Source of the DNA: Eledone cirrhosa
Lineage: Eukaryota
Direction: 5' to 3'
Assembly (NCBI GenBank): GCA_964016885.1
Contig: OZ024745.1
Span: forward strand, 11,470,001 to 11,534,000
Length of the DNA stretch: 64,000 nucleotides
Shown: positions 12,666 through 23,933 of the stretch, piece after piece
Layout of the letters: the number at the start of each line of letters is the position of its first letter
Position numbering within the stretch: position 1 is the stretch's first letter
The notes under the pieces: generated by a model
The model's database searches: none
Seen by the model: the letters and a program-made list of their open reading frames with translations, nothing else
What the model was told of the DNA's origin: nothing
Program-made: the position numbers and the translations under genes

Positions 12666-15240
12666 AAAAAGTGGCAACAAGTCCACGATTCGGTCTTTGA
12701 ACGACCAAAACCGACGCGTGATACGTGAGCCGAAGCAGATGTGTGCGGCCTTTCAGCGGCACTTTGCTCAACTGTTCCGGCAGGGCGGCGCGCCGGGAGG
12801 GGCTATGGATTTCGGTCCATACCTCGACGGCCTACCGCGACTCTCGAACAGCAAGGCAAAGTTCTGCGATAAGCCGATTTCAGCCGCTGAGATAGGGGAC
12901 GCGCTGAGCCAATGCGGCAAACGCAAATCTCCAGGTCTCGACGGTCTACCCTACGAATTTTACGTAGCAATTCCGGACTTATTCTCCGGTCCCCTGGAAG
13001 CAGTCTACTGCAACTGGCAACAGAACGGGAGAATTCCCAGTTCTGTGACCGGGGGCGTAGTCTCACTACTCAGGAAGGACGAGAATAAGGGGGATGACAT
13101 AGACAACTTCCGGCTCATAACTCTGCTAAACACAGAGTTACAGATTTTGGCCAAGGTGTTGGCAAAGAGGCTGGCGCTTGTCGTCGAGAACCTGGTGGGA
13201 GAGGCGCAGACATGCGCAATCCCGACCAGGTCCATATACGACAACCTCCACCTCATGCGATACATCATAGAGAGGGTAGGGTGTAAACCTGGCTTCGGTG
13301 GGGCCCTGATCAACTTGGATCAGTCTAAGGCTTTCGATAGGGTTGACCATCGTTACCTGGATGCGGTGCTCGCGGTGGCAGGCTTCGGACCCGTGTTCAG
13401 GGGCTGGATTGCTGCAATGCACAACAGCAACATCTGCTCAAGGGTTAAGGTAAACGGCTACCTCTCGGAGCCGTTCCATATCACGCGATCCATTCGACAG
13501 GGATGCCCTCTCTCCTCCCTTCTGTAGGTACTGACTCTCGAGCCACTACTTCGGAAGTTGGAGCTATTGCAGGGCATCCATCTGGAACCGGGACTGCGGA
13601 AAGCGGCGTCGGCCTACGCCGATGACGTGACAGTAATGGTGTCGAGCGCCTCGCAAATCGAGGAAGTCGGCACCTTACTGAAGGAATACGAAAGGTTCAC
13701 AGGAGCGAAGCTGAACCGGGACAAGTCCATCGGTTTGCAACTCGGTTCGTGGAGAGGCAGACCGATGCCTTCCGATAGCGTCGTCGGACGCTGGACGGAA
13801 GGACCAGTAAAGCTGCTCGGGGTCTGGTTTGATCCGGACCTCCAGGTGGAGAAGAACTGGAACGAGGTGTCGGCCAAGGTGTTTGCACTCACCCAGAAGT
13901 GGGCCGAGTGCAAACTATCCTTGGAAGGTCGAGCGGAGGTGGCGAACACTTTTATAGCGTCCACCATCTATTACCGCTTGACCGTCGTGCTTTGTCCAGC
14001 CAGAACGCTCGCCAAAATGGAGCGAACGCTTTTCCAATTCCTTTGGAAGGAACGGGCTCCTTTGGTGAGAAGATCCATCTGCTGCCAATACCCTTCCAAC
14101 GGAGGGCTTGGGATGCCGTGGCTGACGATGCGCAAACACGCGCTCAGGCTGCGGCATCTCTACGTATTCCTCACCGGACAACCGGTGTGGGCCCCGTTCG
14201 TGAGGCGAGACTTCCCACGACTCGTCTCGCTGACCGAGCTGCAGTCCTGGGTCAAGCAAAGACCGAGGAAAATGGGCGACTGGCACTTCGAATGTACTCA
14301 GGCGCTTACAGCCCTCTGGCAGGCGGACCCGGCGATCAGTGGAGACTCCACTTCGTCATTCTATAGAGGGTTGATCCGCAGCAAGTGCGACGACGTGCTC
14401 GATGAAACTCTAGGCGTAGAGGAAGACGAACTGGCCAGTCTGTTCGGTAGGACCTTCCGCCCGGGACCGATGGACAACTTCCAAAAGTCCCTGGCCTGGC
14501 AGTGCTACCGAGGAGCTCTACCAGTTCGAGACAAGCTCTACACATATGGGCGCCTGGGCAGGGACCCTGCAAAAAAGATCTGTCCGAGGTGCGTGCGAGA
14601 CGAAGAAACCGTCGCGCACGCATTCATACACCGCCCGGGCGTCACCGACCTGTGGGGCTATGTAGAACGACTATTGTCACGGGTGGGACCAATCCGGTTG
14701 ACCACCGAGTCCATTGTCATGATCAAACCGCCACCCTCCTTCAAAAACGAAGGAGAGGCGGTTTTCCTTTGTGTGATAGCTATGGCGAAAGAGGTTGTAT
14801 GGTGGACAAGGTTGAAAGGGCTGAGGTCAGACACCTTTCTCTTCGGCCAACAACTGATTCTTTTTTTCAAATACCACTTTGGAAGAAGAATCAGGATGGA
14901 GAGAAAGGTGTTGTACCCCAGCAAGTTTTCTGAAAGGTGGGTGAAAGTGGCGAGAATGGCCCGAGTGAATGGGCCTTCTCTATATATCAGCCTGTAGGTT
15001 GAGGAAAAAGAGAAGGAGAGGAAAGGAGTACAAACTCTTCGTACTCCTGGGGATGAGGGTTGCACATATTTTTTCGGGGGTATGTGTTACCCATATGTAA
15101 TGTCTCCCCTATTGAGGAAAATCGACCAATTTTTAAATTGCATTTGTGATAATATTTTACACGTTTTTATTGTATGTAAACTTCCCCCTTTGTATTGTCC
15201 CCTTCTTTTGTGCCCCTGTGGCTAATAAAGAAACATATCT
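12666..15240 (+). mobile_element. Tx1/L1-clade non-LTR retrotransposon, 5'-truncated (ORF2 RT and zf-RVT, plus 3'UTR)
   Basis: KSPGLDG, LDQSKAFDRVDH, RQGCPLS, YADD, GGLG and CPRC...ETVAH motifs; AATAAAG end followed by TATC repeats. Confidence 0.93.
12667..14997 (+). pseudogene. Tx1-like ORF2 (reverse transcriptase) broken by one in-frame TAG at 13525-13527
   Basis: ORFs 12613-13527 and 13558-14997 share a frame. PLSSLL*VLTLEPLL has the stop where Tyr is expected. No endonuclease domain is present. Confidence 0.9.
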
Positions 15241-15249
15241 ATCTAACTC

Positions 15250-15585
15250 ATTCGTTTTTTCAAATATCATTTTGGAATCAGGATGGAGAGAGAGGTGCTG
15301 TACCCCAGCAAATTTTATAAAAGGTGGGTGAATGTGGCAAAGATGGCCCGAGTAGTTTGGCCTTCTCTCTATATAAGCCTGTAGGTTGAGGAAAAAGAGG
15401 AAGAGAGGAAGGGAGTACTCACTCTTGGTGCTCCTGGAGATGAGGGTTGTAACACCTCCCCCCTATTGGGGGTTTCAATTGTTATTTGTTATTTTATTAA
15501 TAGTTTTATTTTCATATACCTGTATGTAAACTCCCCATTTGTATTTGTCCCCTTCTTTTGTGCCCTTGTGGCTAATAAAGAAATT
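15250..15585 (+). mobile_element. Second Tx1 copy, short 3' fragment
   Basis: Matches 14858-15235 (ORF end ATAAGCCTGTAGGTTGAGG, 3' end GTGGCTAATAAAGAAA). Confidence 0.9.
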
Positions 15586-15657
15586 TATCTATCTATCTAT
15601 CTATCTATTCTTATCTAACGTTCTATCTATCTATCTCTATCGAACGTTCCATCTATC

Positions 15658-16600
15658 TGGCACCTCGAGTGCCTCCAGGCGCCCACAGTCCTCTACCAAG
15701 CGGAAACGGCAATCAGCGGAGGGGATTAGTGGAGGATAAGTGCGACAACGTTCTCGGCGAAACTCTAGGCATCGAGGAGGACGAACTGACCAGTCTGTTC
15801 GGGAGGACTTTCCGTCCAGGGCCTATGGATAACTTCCAGAGGTCTTTGGCCTGGCAGTGATACCGAGGAGCTCTACCAGTTCGAGACAAAATCTACAGGC
15901 ACGGACGCCCTGGCAGAGATCCTGCCAAAAGGACCTGTCCAAGATGCGAGTAGGACATCGAAACCGTCCTGCACGCAATTGTTCAATGCCCAGGGGTGAC
16001 CAACCTGTGGAATTATGTCGAACAGCTACTGTCACGTGTGGGACGCATCCAGTTGTCAGCCGAGTCCATCGTGAGGATCACCCCGCCGCCTTCATTTAAG
16101 AACGAAGGAGAGGCGGTTTTCCTCTGTCTGGTGGCTATGGCGAAAGAGGTAATATGGTGGACGAGGTTAAAAGGACTGAGGGCAAACACCTTTCTCTCTG
16201 GACAACAACTTATCCCCTTCTTTAAGTATCACTTCAGAAGGAAGGTGGGAGTGGAGAGAGAGGTGCTACACCCCAGTAAATTCGCTGAAAGGTGGGTGAA
16301 TGTGGAGAAAATGGCCCGAGTGAATGGGCCTTCTCTGTATATAAACCTGTAGGTTGAGGAAGATAAACAGAGGGAAGACGGGAACACCTACAAAACGTGT
16401 TCCTGGTGTTGAGGGTTGTTCTATCCACGGGGTGTAAAACAACCCCGCAGTAACGTTCCCCGCCATTGGGGATTTCAATTGTTATTTTATTATATATAGT
16501 TTATTGTTATTTATTAATGTTAAAGATTTTATGCCAAACCCCCGCCGTCATGTCTTGTAATGTCCCCTTTTTGTACACCCCTGTGGCAAATAAAGAAAGA
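15658..16600 (+). mobile_element. Third Tx1 copy, 3' fragment (zf-RVT and 3'UTR)
   Basis: Peptides DKCDNVLGETLG and PPPSFKNEGEAVFLCL nearly match copy 1; in-frame stops present. Confidence 0.92.
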
Positions 16601-17479
16601 TATCTATCCCTATCTAACGTTCTGTCTATCTTTATGTATTATTACTCTTATTGTGTTATATGTGGAAAAAAACAACCAAATCAATACATTCTTCCGCCTC
16701 CAGGGTTACTTTACCTAATTTGTTTAAAATATTTACAATAAATAATTATAATTATGACCTTAAGTCAACCGGACGTAATCTTATATGTAATTTAAAAGTT
16801 AAAAAAATAATCGTATAGTTGTAGATAATATATAATTCAGTGTTGGGGAAATCATATTTCTTATAACTAAATGTTTCGTACGTTTAATATTAATAAGGTA
16901 TAGGTGTGATATGAACATTGTATATACGATAAAGACCAGGAAGGTTACTATCACCATCTTTAGATACTGCTGGTCTATGTGTAAGATCCTTGTTAGTGTT
17001 TTATAGGCAATGATTGACACCAAACAGAAATACGGCACTTACTTGGATGAAGGCTCTGTTGAATGTGACAAGCTGAGGTGAGTACCACACGAATATTATC
17101 CACATATAGAAGATCAGAAACGAAATCAGTGTAAGATAAGTTAGTTGATGTGGCATATAGATTTGGGCTTCACAAGTGGTACATGCCACCCTGATTCTGA
17201 CTCTATTCTTTATGGAAACTGAAGAGAACTCCCAAAAGACAAAAGCCTGGAATTATAGCTGAAAGTAAAAATCTTACCAGACGAAATTCTCAATCAATGA
17301 CGTATGTATGAACTCGTAACTCGTGATGGAATCATAGGGACACCTTAGTAACATACAGCGTGTCTTTGGGAAAACCTAGCCCCTTTTCAGGTCTGAATAC
17401 AGCTGCTTTCGTCAATAGAATGGGTGTGAGGGTGAGGAAGTGAGATAGGGGAAGAATCGAACCAAGAAATGGACGGCTA

Positions 17480-17612
17480 CATTTTTATCGACCCCGAAAG
17501 GATGAAAGGCAAAGTTGACCTCGGCAACAGTTGAACTCGGAGTGCAGAGAGCCGGAACGAATACTACAAAGCAATTTATCGGACGTTCTAACGAGTCTGC
17601 CAATTTCCCGCT
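17480..17612 (-). mobile_element. SINE family A, partial
   Basis: TTTTATCGACCCCGAAAGGATGAAAGGCAAAGTTGACCTCGGC. Confidence 0.8.
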
Positions 17613-18254
17613 TCCAATCAATGATACAGATAGACAAAAGAAAAATGATGAAAAAATAATCGATGCAACTTTACAGTGAGTTTAAAACATTCCTGGCAGT
17701 TTATTAGGAAGATAATGTATGAACAATAAAAAAAGAGAGAAATCGTTAGCTAGCTGCTGTCAGACTAAATGTTGATGTCAATCATTGCCTAACTATCAGG
17801 TGAGATATGAACCATCACAAATAACTTCAGAAGTAGCCAACTTTGTACAGCAATAATTGAGTCAATAGGTAGAAGTGGATAAAGGTAACATATCATACGG
17901 CACCCCTTTCATGCCTCAATAAATATATAGCGACAAACGGTGAATATAAAGCAGATAAACTAGGACAAATAAAATAAAAGGTAATCTCATTAATATTTGG
18001 AATAAACTGAGAAAAAAAATGTCTATAAAATAAATTCAATACTGAAAACAACTGCGACAATGTTTTACGAGACCATAAATAATAGTGTTTGGTTTAGGGG
18101 AGGGAACAGTCGATTTTATCGACACCAATATGTGACTGGTACTTTATTTTAACGACACCAGAAGAGTGCCACAGAAATATGTATATTATTGATATATGTT
18201 ATATTGGTCTCAAAGAATTGAAATGTAAAATTGATCACCGTTATTTGGTTTGAA

Positions 18255-18443
18255 CGGCGGTGCATTGACAGTATCGGTAGAGGATCGGACGCTATGCTTT
18301 GCAGCAAAGAGTTACGGCCCTTTATGGTCTGAGTTCAAATCCCGCCGAGGTTAACTTTGTCTTTCATCCTTACGGGGTCGATAAAATAAAGTACCAGTAA
18401 TGTACTGGGTAATTGCTGGCCTTGTGCCAAAAGTAGAAACAAT
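18255..18443 (+). mobile_element. SINE family A, short-body variant
   Basis: A box TGACAGTATCGGTAGAG, B box GAGTTCAAATCC, body and tail present. Confidence 0.9.
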
Positions 18444-18921
18444 TGTTTGGTTCGAACTCAACAACATAAAAAAAAAAACAAACGAAACTCCATTCAGTTA
18501 TTTTGTCAAATGTTTTACTGTTTCTGCTTACTTGCAGTTTTTGTCTTCAATCGAAACATTGCCAACTGCCATCCAATCTCCTATGGTTAACAACAATTAT
18601 AGAAACGGTTCCTTTCTTAAATGTAATTCTTTTTCAGTGGATTTTATCAAAAAGCAAAGTTGGCACCTGGGGGGATTTGGACTTGGAACTATGAAGCATT
18701 AAATTAGGTACGGTAAACTATCTGTTCTAGCTTTCTATTATCTGTGACAATTCTATCACAACAGGAACGGCAAGGATATTGAAAAGGGCATTAGAAATCT
18801 GAAGAAAATATCAGATAAAAGCATTATGATATTCATCTGAGACTTTAGGCTGTTGTTTGTTATTTCTCCTCAAAAGTAACAATTTCTAGCATACCGCAAT
18901 ATAAATACAGCAACAACAACA

Positions 18922-19852
18922 ATTGTTTAGACACCAGGCCAACAATTTAGGGAGGTAGGAGAAGTCGATTAAATCGACCTTAGTGCGTTACTGGTACGTT
19001 ATTTTATCGACCACGTAAAGATGAAAGACAAAAGGTGGCGGGGTTTGAACTCAGGACTATATGTCACAAACTATGTCGTACGACGCTCTACCGAGGCTGA
19101 CATTTCAACAATAATAATTTTTTTTTAAAAATTCTGGCACAAGGCCAGCAAGTGTTTTGGGGGGAGTCGTTTATATCGACCCCAGTACTTGACTGGTACT
19201 TTATTTTACCGATCCCCCCCCCCCCGTAAGGGTGTGGAAGGCAAAGTTGACCTTGACGGAAATTGAACACAGACCGTAGAGAGCTGGAAGAAATAGCACA
19301 TAGCACCTTCTTGGATGCTCTACCAATTCAGACTAGCCACTTATCTCATCAACAACTAATAATTGTTTCTACTTTAGACACAAGGCCAACATTTTGAAGG
19401 GGATGGTAAAATCGATTTCATCGGCCCCAGTGTATTACTGGTACTATATTTTATCGACCCCGTAATGATGAAAGGTAAAGCTAACCTTGACGGGATTTGA
19501 ACTCAGAACGTAAAGGGCTGTTACTCTATGCTGCGAAGCATGGTGTCCATCGTTCTACCGATTCTTCCAATTCAGTGCACTTAATTATAATAATAGTAAT
19601 AATAATGATTAGAATTGTTTCTACTTTTGGCACGAGGCCAGTAATTAACCAGTACATTACTGGTACTTTATTTTATCGACCCCGTAAGGATGAAAGGCAA
19701 AGTTAACCTCGACGGGATTTGAAATCAGACCGTAAAGGAACGTAACTATGCTAGAAAGCATGGCGGCCAACCCTCTACCGATACTTGGACGCCATGTTTT
19801 CTAGCATAGTTACGTCCCTTTACGGTCTGAGTTCAAATCCAGTCGAGGTTAA
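18922..19852 (-). mobile_element. Cluster of four tandem SINE-A copies (about 18922-19100, 19134-19342, 19362-19582, 19614-19790) plus an inverted head
   Basis: Repeated CTGGTAC..TTTTATCGACCCCGTAAGGATGAAAGGC, separated by (AAT)n. Confidence 0.85.
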
Positions 19853-20169
19853 TAATAATGATAATATGATAATATGATGATGTCATAATATCTGAAAATT
19901 GCTTTGTGGAGATTAAAAATAAAATGGATACCGTTTAAAGCAATTTAATATTTATGACAATGGTTTTTGTTTTGGTTGAGAGACTTAATAACATTATTAG
20001 TATAAGTAGTAGTTTACTTTTTACTTTTCTCACTGTTAACTTCCGAACGAGACTTGTGGGAACATAAAAATACATAACGTGAGAAATGAAGGATGAACTC
20101 GCGAGGGTTAACTAACATAACACAGTATATTTATATATACATTAGTTTGTATGTATGTATGTATGTATG

Positions 20170-20235
<66 letters not shown>

Positions 20236-20238
<3 letters not shown>

Positions 20239-20974
20239 GTATATATATAAAGACGAAGTTTTCTGTATGTGTGTGTATGTGTGTGTGGACAATTTTTGAT
20301 GAGGGCTCATATATTCTAAACCATTCATGCGATTTCTTTGAAATTTTTTAGAGCTTCTCCTTGCACAAATCCTGTACATGATCTACAAAGACATTCAAAA
20401 ATCGACATTGGGGCCTTTGGAGACATTAAAAAAGTTTCGGTTATTTGTATCAATGTTCGTGATTGAGTAAGACAAGAGTTATCTTTAAGTAAGACAAGAG
20501 TTATCTTTCGTAATTCGGCTCATTCGGATTTTAATTTACTCTTTGTACTTGAAACAAAAGGTACGCTTCCTTGAGGCTAACAATATCATTTTGTATATTT
20601 CACAACCAGCAATTTCTAACAGATTACTAAGTTAAGTTATAGATTTGACATTGTATAATTTATCGTTTCAAGCTTCATGTTCATACATTAAGTGATGTCA
20701 TAACTTTTACAATATTATTCACTTCACTTCTCTATTTCATGATGCGCTTTTACTGTTGTCAAAAAAATTTATACCTAGACTGGATTTCTGTTGTTACATG
20801 GTATAACGGATGACACCGAGCTCACATATGAATTATTTCGCTAGAATAGTGCCTAAGGTTTTCATGTTTACATAAATTACGTTTTTCTTCTATGTATTCA
20901 CATTTACTTTGTTTAGTTTAATGAGCTACATCGAAAGCTACTTGGACCGTCCAAAGGATCGGTAGTTTAGCTAG
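20236..20974 (+). mobile_element. Non-autonomous Helitron
   Basis: 5' TCTGTATATATATAAA; 3' hairpin ACCGTCCAAAGGATCGGT then AGTTTAG-CTAG; inserted between A and T in (TA)n with no TSD. Confidence 0.75.
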
Positions 20975-21006
<32 letters not shown>

Positions 21007-21039
21007 TATATATACATACACACATATATATGTGTATGC

Positions 21040-21085
<46 letters not shown>

Positions 21086-21123
21086 TCATATATGGACATG
21101 GACATAGATATACGTATGCACTC

Positions 21124-21190
<67 letters not shown>

Positions 21191-21197
<7 letters not shown>

Positions 21198-21273
21198 GGT
21201 AAACAGAAATAACAACACAATCGGTACAGTATATAAAAGGGATATATTAGGTTAACGCTTGATATAGCAGGAA
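21191..21273 (-). mobile_element. Terminal fragment of the Neptune-type PLE pLTR
   Basis: Near-identical to 38199-38281 and to the reverse complement of 50000-50085. Confidence 0.85.
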
Positions 21274-21862
21274 CACACCTATATACAGTGTAGCAGGTTT
21301 TGATGTAATCGACAGACAATTCCATCACAATAACTAATATTGATTTCTCCCCCCCCCCGCCCACCACCACGCCTCTTAGGCTCAATTTTACTTTTTTTTA
21401 AAGAACTTGATCATAATCCCGAATATGAAAGAGAAAGATGATAATGATGTTAGCGATGATGATGATAATTGTGTAAATGGTGATCATAACACAAACACAC
21501 ACGTTTAATCAGTAAATCATTACACTTCTGTCGGCCGGGGCTGTGGGGAGGCCACCAATATCATTGACTGACTTGTCATTTTATCAGTTAGATGATCCAT
21601 ACTTTTCCATATATATATTATGAAAGACTTGTGTACTACTTCTACTAAACATACATATATCTTAGGATTTGTTGAGGCGTTTCGATATGAAATACGAAAT
21701 TTTGAAATCCTCACACAGAATCTCTACAACAGTAAACACTAAAACTATTAACTACTAAAAACAAAAGCTATCTTTACTAACATCCCAAACTAGTTTATTA
21801 CGAATACCATTTCCAAAGTCTATTCCCCAAATAGTTTCCTTACATATTACACAACATCAGTA

Positions 21863-22063
21863 ATTTAGGGGACAAGTCATTTAGGGACAAGTCATTTAGG
21901 GAACAAGTCATTTAGGGACAAGTCATTTAGAGGACAAGTCATTTAGGGAACAAGTCATTTAGGGACAAATCATTTAGAGGACAAGTCATTTAGGGAACAA
22001 GTCATTTAGGGACAAGTCATTTAGAGGACAAGTCATTTAGGGACAAGTCATTTAGGGGACAAG
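21863..22063. repeat. 16-18 bp minisatellite (GGACAAGTCATTTAG), about 12 copies, expanded at the 3' part of a SINE-A
   Basis: Tandem units run directly into a degenerate minus-strand SINE body (22064-22157). Confidence 0.85.
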
Positions 22064-22169
22064 GGATATTGTTTATATCAACACCAACACGTGACTGGTA
22101 CTTATGTTAGTGAGATCCAAAGGGATGGAAGTTAAAGCCGTCCTCAGCGAGATTTTGTCATAAAAAATA

Positions 22170-22495
22170 GTTTCTAATTTAGACACAAGACCAATAGATT
22201 TTTTTTGGGGGGGAGGGGAAAGTCTATTAAACAACTGGTACTTTATTTTATCGACTCCTTAAGAATGAAAGGCAAAACTATCAGGCGGATTTGAACTCAA
22301 GCATAGAATTTCCATACAATGGGTTCGAATCTGGTCACAAGGCCTACAATTTTTTTTTGGGGGGGGGGGCATAAATGTCGGTTATACCAACCCCAGCACT
22401 TTACTGCTACTTTATTGTATCGACCTTGGAATTATGAAATTAACTCCGGGGGAGGGGGACTTCAACAAAGCGCTAACGATCCACGTAACCCACCC
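22170..22495 (-). mobile_element. Two degenerate SINE-A copies
   Basis: GTTTCTAATTTAGACACAAGACC...CTGGTACTTTATTTTATCGAC and a second decayed copy. Confidence 0.7.
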
Positions 22496-23259
22496 CTTTC
22501 CTATTGCCATGTAATCAATGTTTGTTTCGTTAGTGTTGTTTCTTACGGGGCGCCATTTAAATATATTCCTCCCCTAATGTTCCATGGATTACTAACAGTT
22601 TCTTAAGGGGTTAATGTCACTGGGCCCCATTTAAATATAGTCTTCCCTAATGTTCCATAGATTACCAACAGTTCAGGGTTATTCTGCTGCTTCAGATACT
22701 ACTTACTGAGTTCAACTTTGATATTTAACCTTTCAAGGTCGACAAAAAATATATCATATCAGGGAGATCGATCGGGGGAGTTATTAGAGCGTCGGGTGAG
22801 GCCTTGCGGTATTTTTTCCGAGTCTTTGCATTCTGAGTTCCCTGGGCGGTAGATTTAATCCCTTAACCAGTTTAATAGCACCACCTGACTTTTGGGTGTT
22901 CACTGTTTTATATAATTTGGTTTGGTACCCGATTTGAGGATAAATTCCTCCCTTCCCACCAACAGCCAAGAAACTCAAATGCAGCATCTATGAAGTGTCT
23001 TGGAAACCTTCACTGGAATGTTAATCCATTGGATTTGAAGGAGGCGGCTTAATTTGGCGTGTTTTTTCTTGTAGAATTACAGCTTTTCCAGGCGTTTATT
23101 CAAATCTATAGAGCCAGTGCTCCTTTTACAATACATACAAATGTGAACCTGTAGTCAGAATACCAGAGCTGTATGTAAGTGTGTATGTATGTGTGCATGT
23201 ATGTATGTATGTATGTATGTATGTATGTATGTATGTATGTATGTATGTATGTATGTATG

Positions 23260-23868
23260 TCAGGTCACCACTTGGTGCTACTGGTAACATGTATCCCAGT
23301 ACAACCTGTCTCATGGTCGGGTTGTTGGCGACTAAACTGGCAACCCCACCAAGGTTTCTTGGTGAGGAGGGTGACTTTGGACATCCTGCAGGACTAAAAA
23401 CAAAACCTGTCAAAGGGCAAAGGAGCTCTTAAGAGTCAATGGCCATCCAAAATCACTGGGAGAGATGACCCCTTAGCCTTTGTCAAGGCAGAATTCTAGG
23501 AGAAGGAAAACTCTGATATAACACCTGCAACCCTGATGGTATCCAATGATGTTGACTTGTTCTTCTTTTTGGTAAATATCATCTTGGTTAAGAGAGTGGG
23601 ACTGGCTTTGTGCAGTGCCTTTGCTCACTATAAAAGCTTCACGGCACAGGCATTGCTTTATATCTGGAGATCTCTCTGTACTTGTCGTCACATGGTACCA
23701 AAGGCAAAGCACTATGTGTCAATAATTGTCACAGGTGTAGTGTTTGTACCAGAGTTTTCAAGTCGCTGGCTGGACTAAAAAGTCACACTCGTTCAGCGCA
23801 TCGGTAGGGGTTCTCCTACATGGATATAAAGTAGTGGCCGTACTCGAAAACGAGTTGGCAGCCACCAT
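23260..23868 (+). mobile_element. Non-autonomous bipartite RTE derivative (RTE 5'UTR joined to RTE 3' end) with (TGTA)n tail, longest copy
   Basis: GGCGACTAAACTGGCAACCCC and CTAGGAGAAGGAAAACTCTG resemble RTE 5'UTR motifs; 23736-23807 encodes CSVCTRVFKSLAGLKSHTRSAHR*, an RTE-type terminal C2H2 finger. Confidence 0.75.
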
Positions 23869-23933
23869 GTATGCATGTATGTATGTATGTATGTATGTAT
23901 GTATGTATGTATGTATGTATGTATGTATGTATG

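Noticed and set aside
13525-13527. Programmed readthrough of the in-frame TAG in the Tx1 ORF
   Set aside because: A single Tyr-to-stop mutation in a truncated copy is the simpler explanation.
16800-17410. Possible ancient minus-strand PLE relic (FIQVSAVFLFGVN; CUGAAAA-GGG..CCC)
   Set aside because: Similarity is too weak without a profile search.
23260-23345. HDV-like ribozyme at the RTE 5' end (CCAGT..CTAA-ACTGG)
   Set aside because: P2 and J4/2-like pieces are visible, but P1, P3 and P1.1 could not be folded convincingly by eye; a descriptor search is needed.
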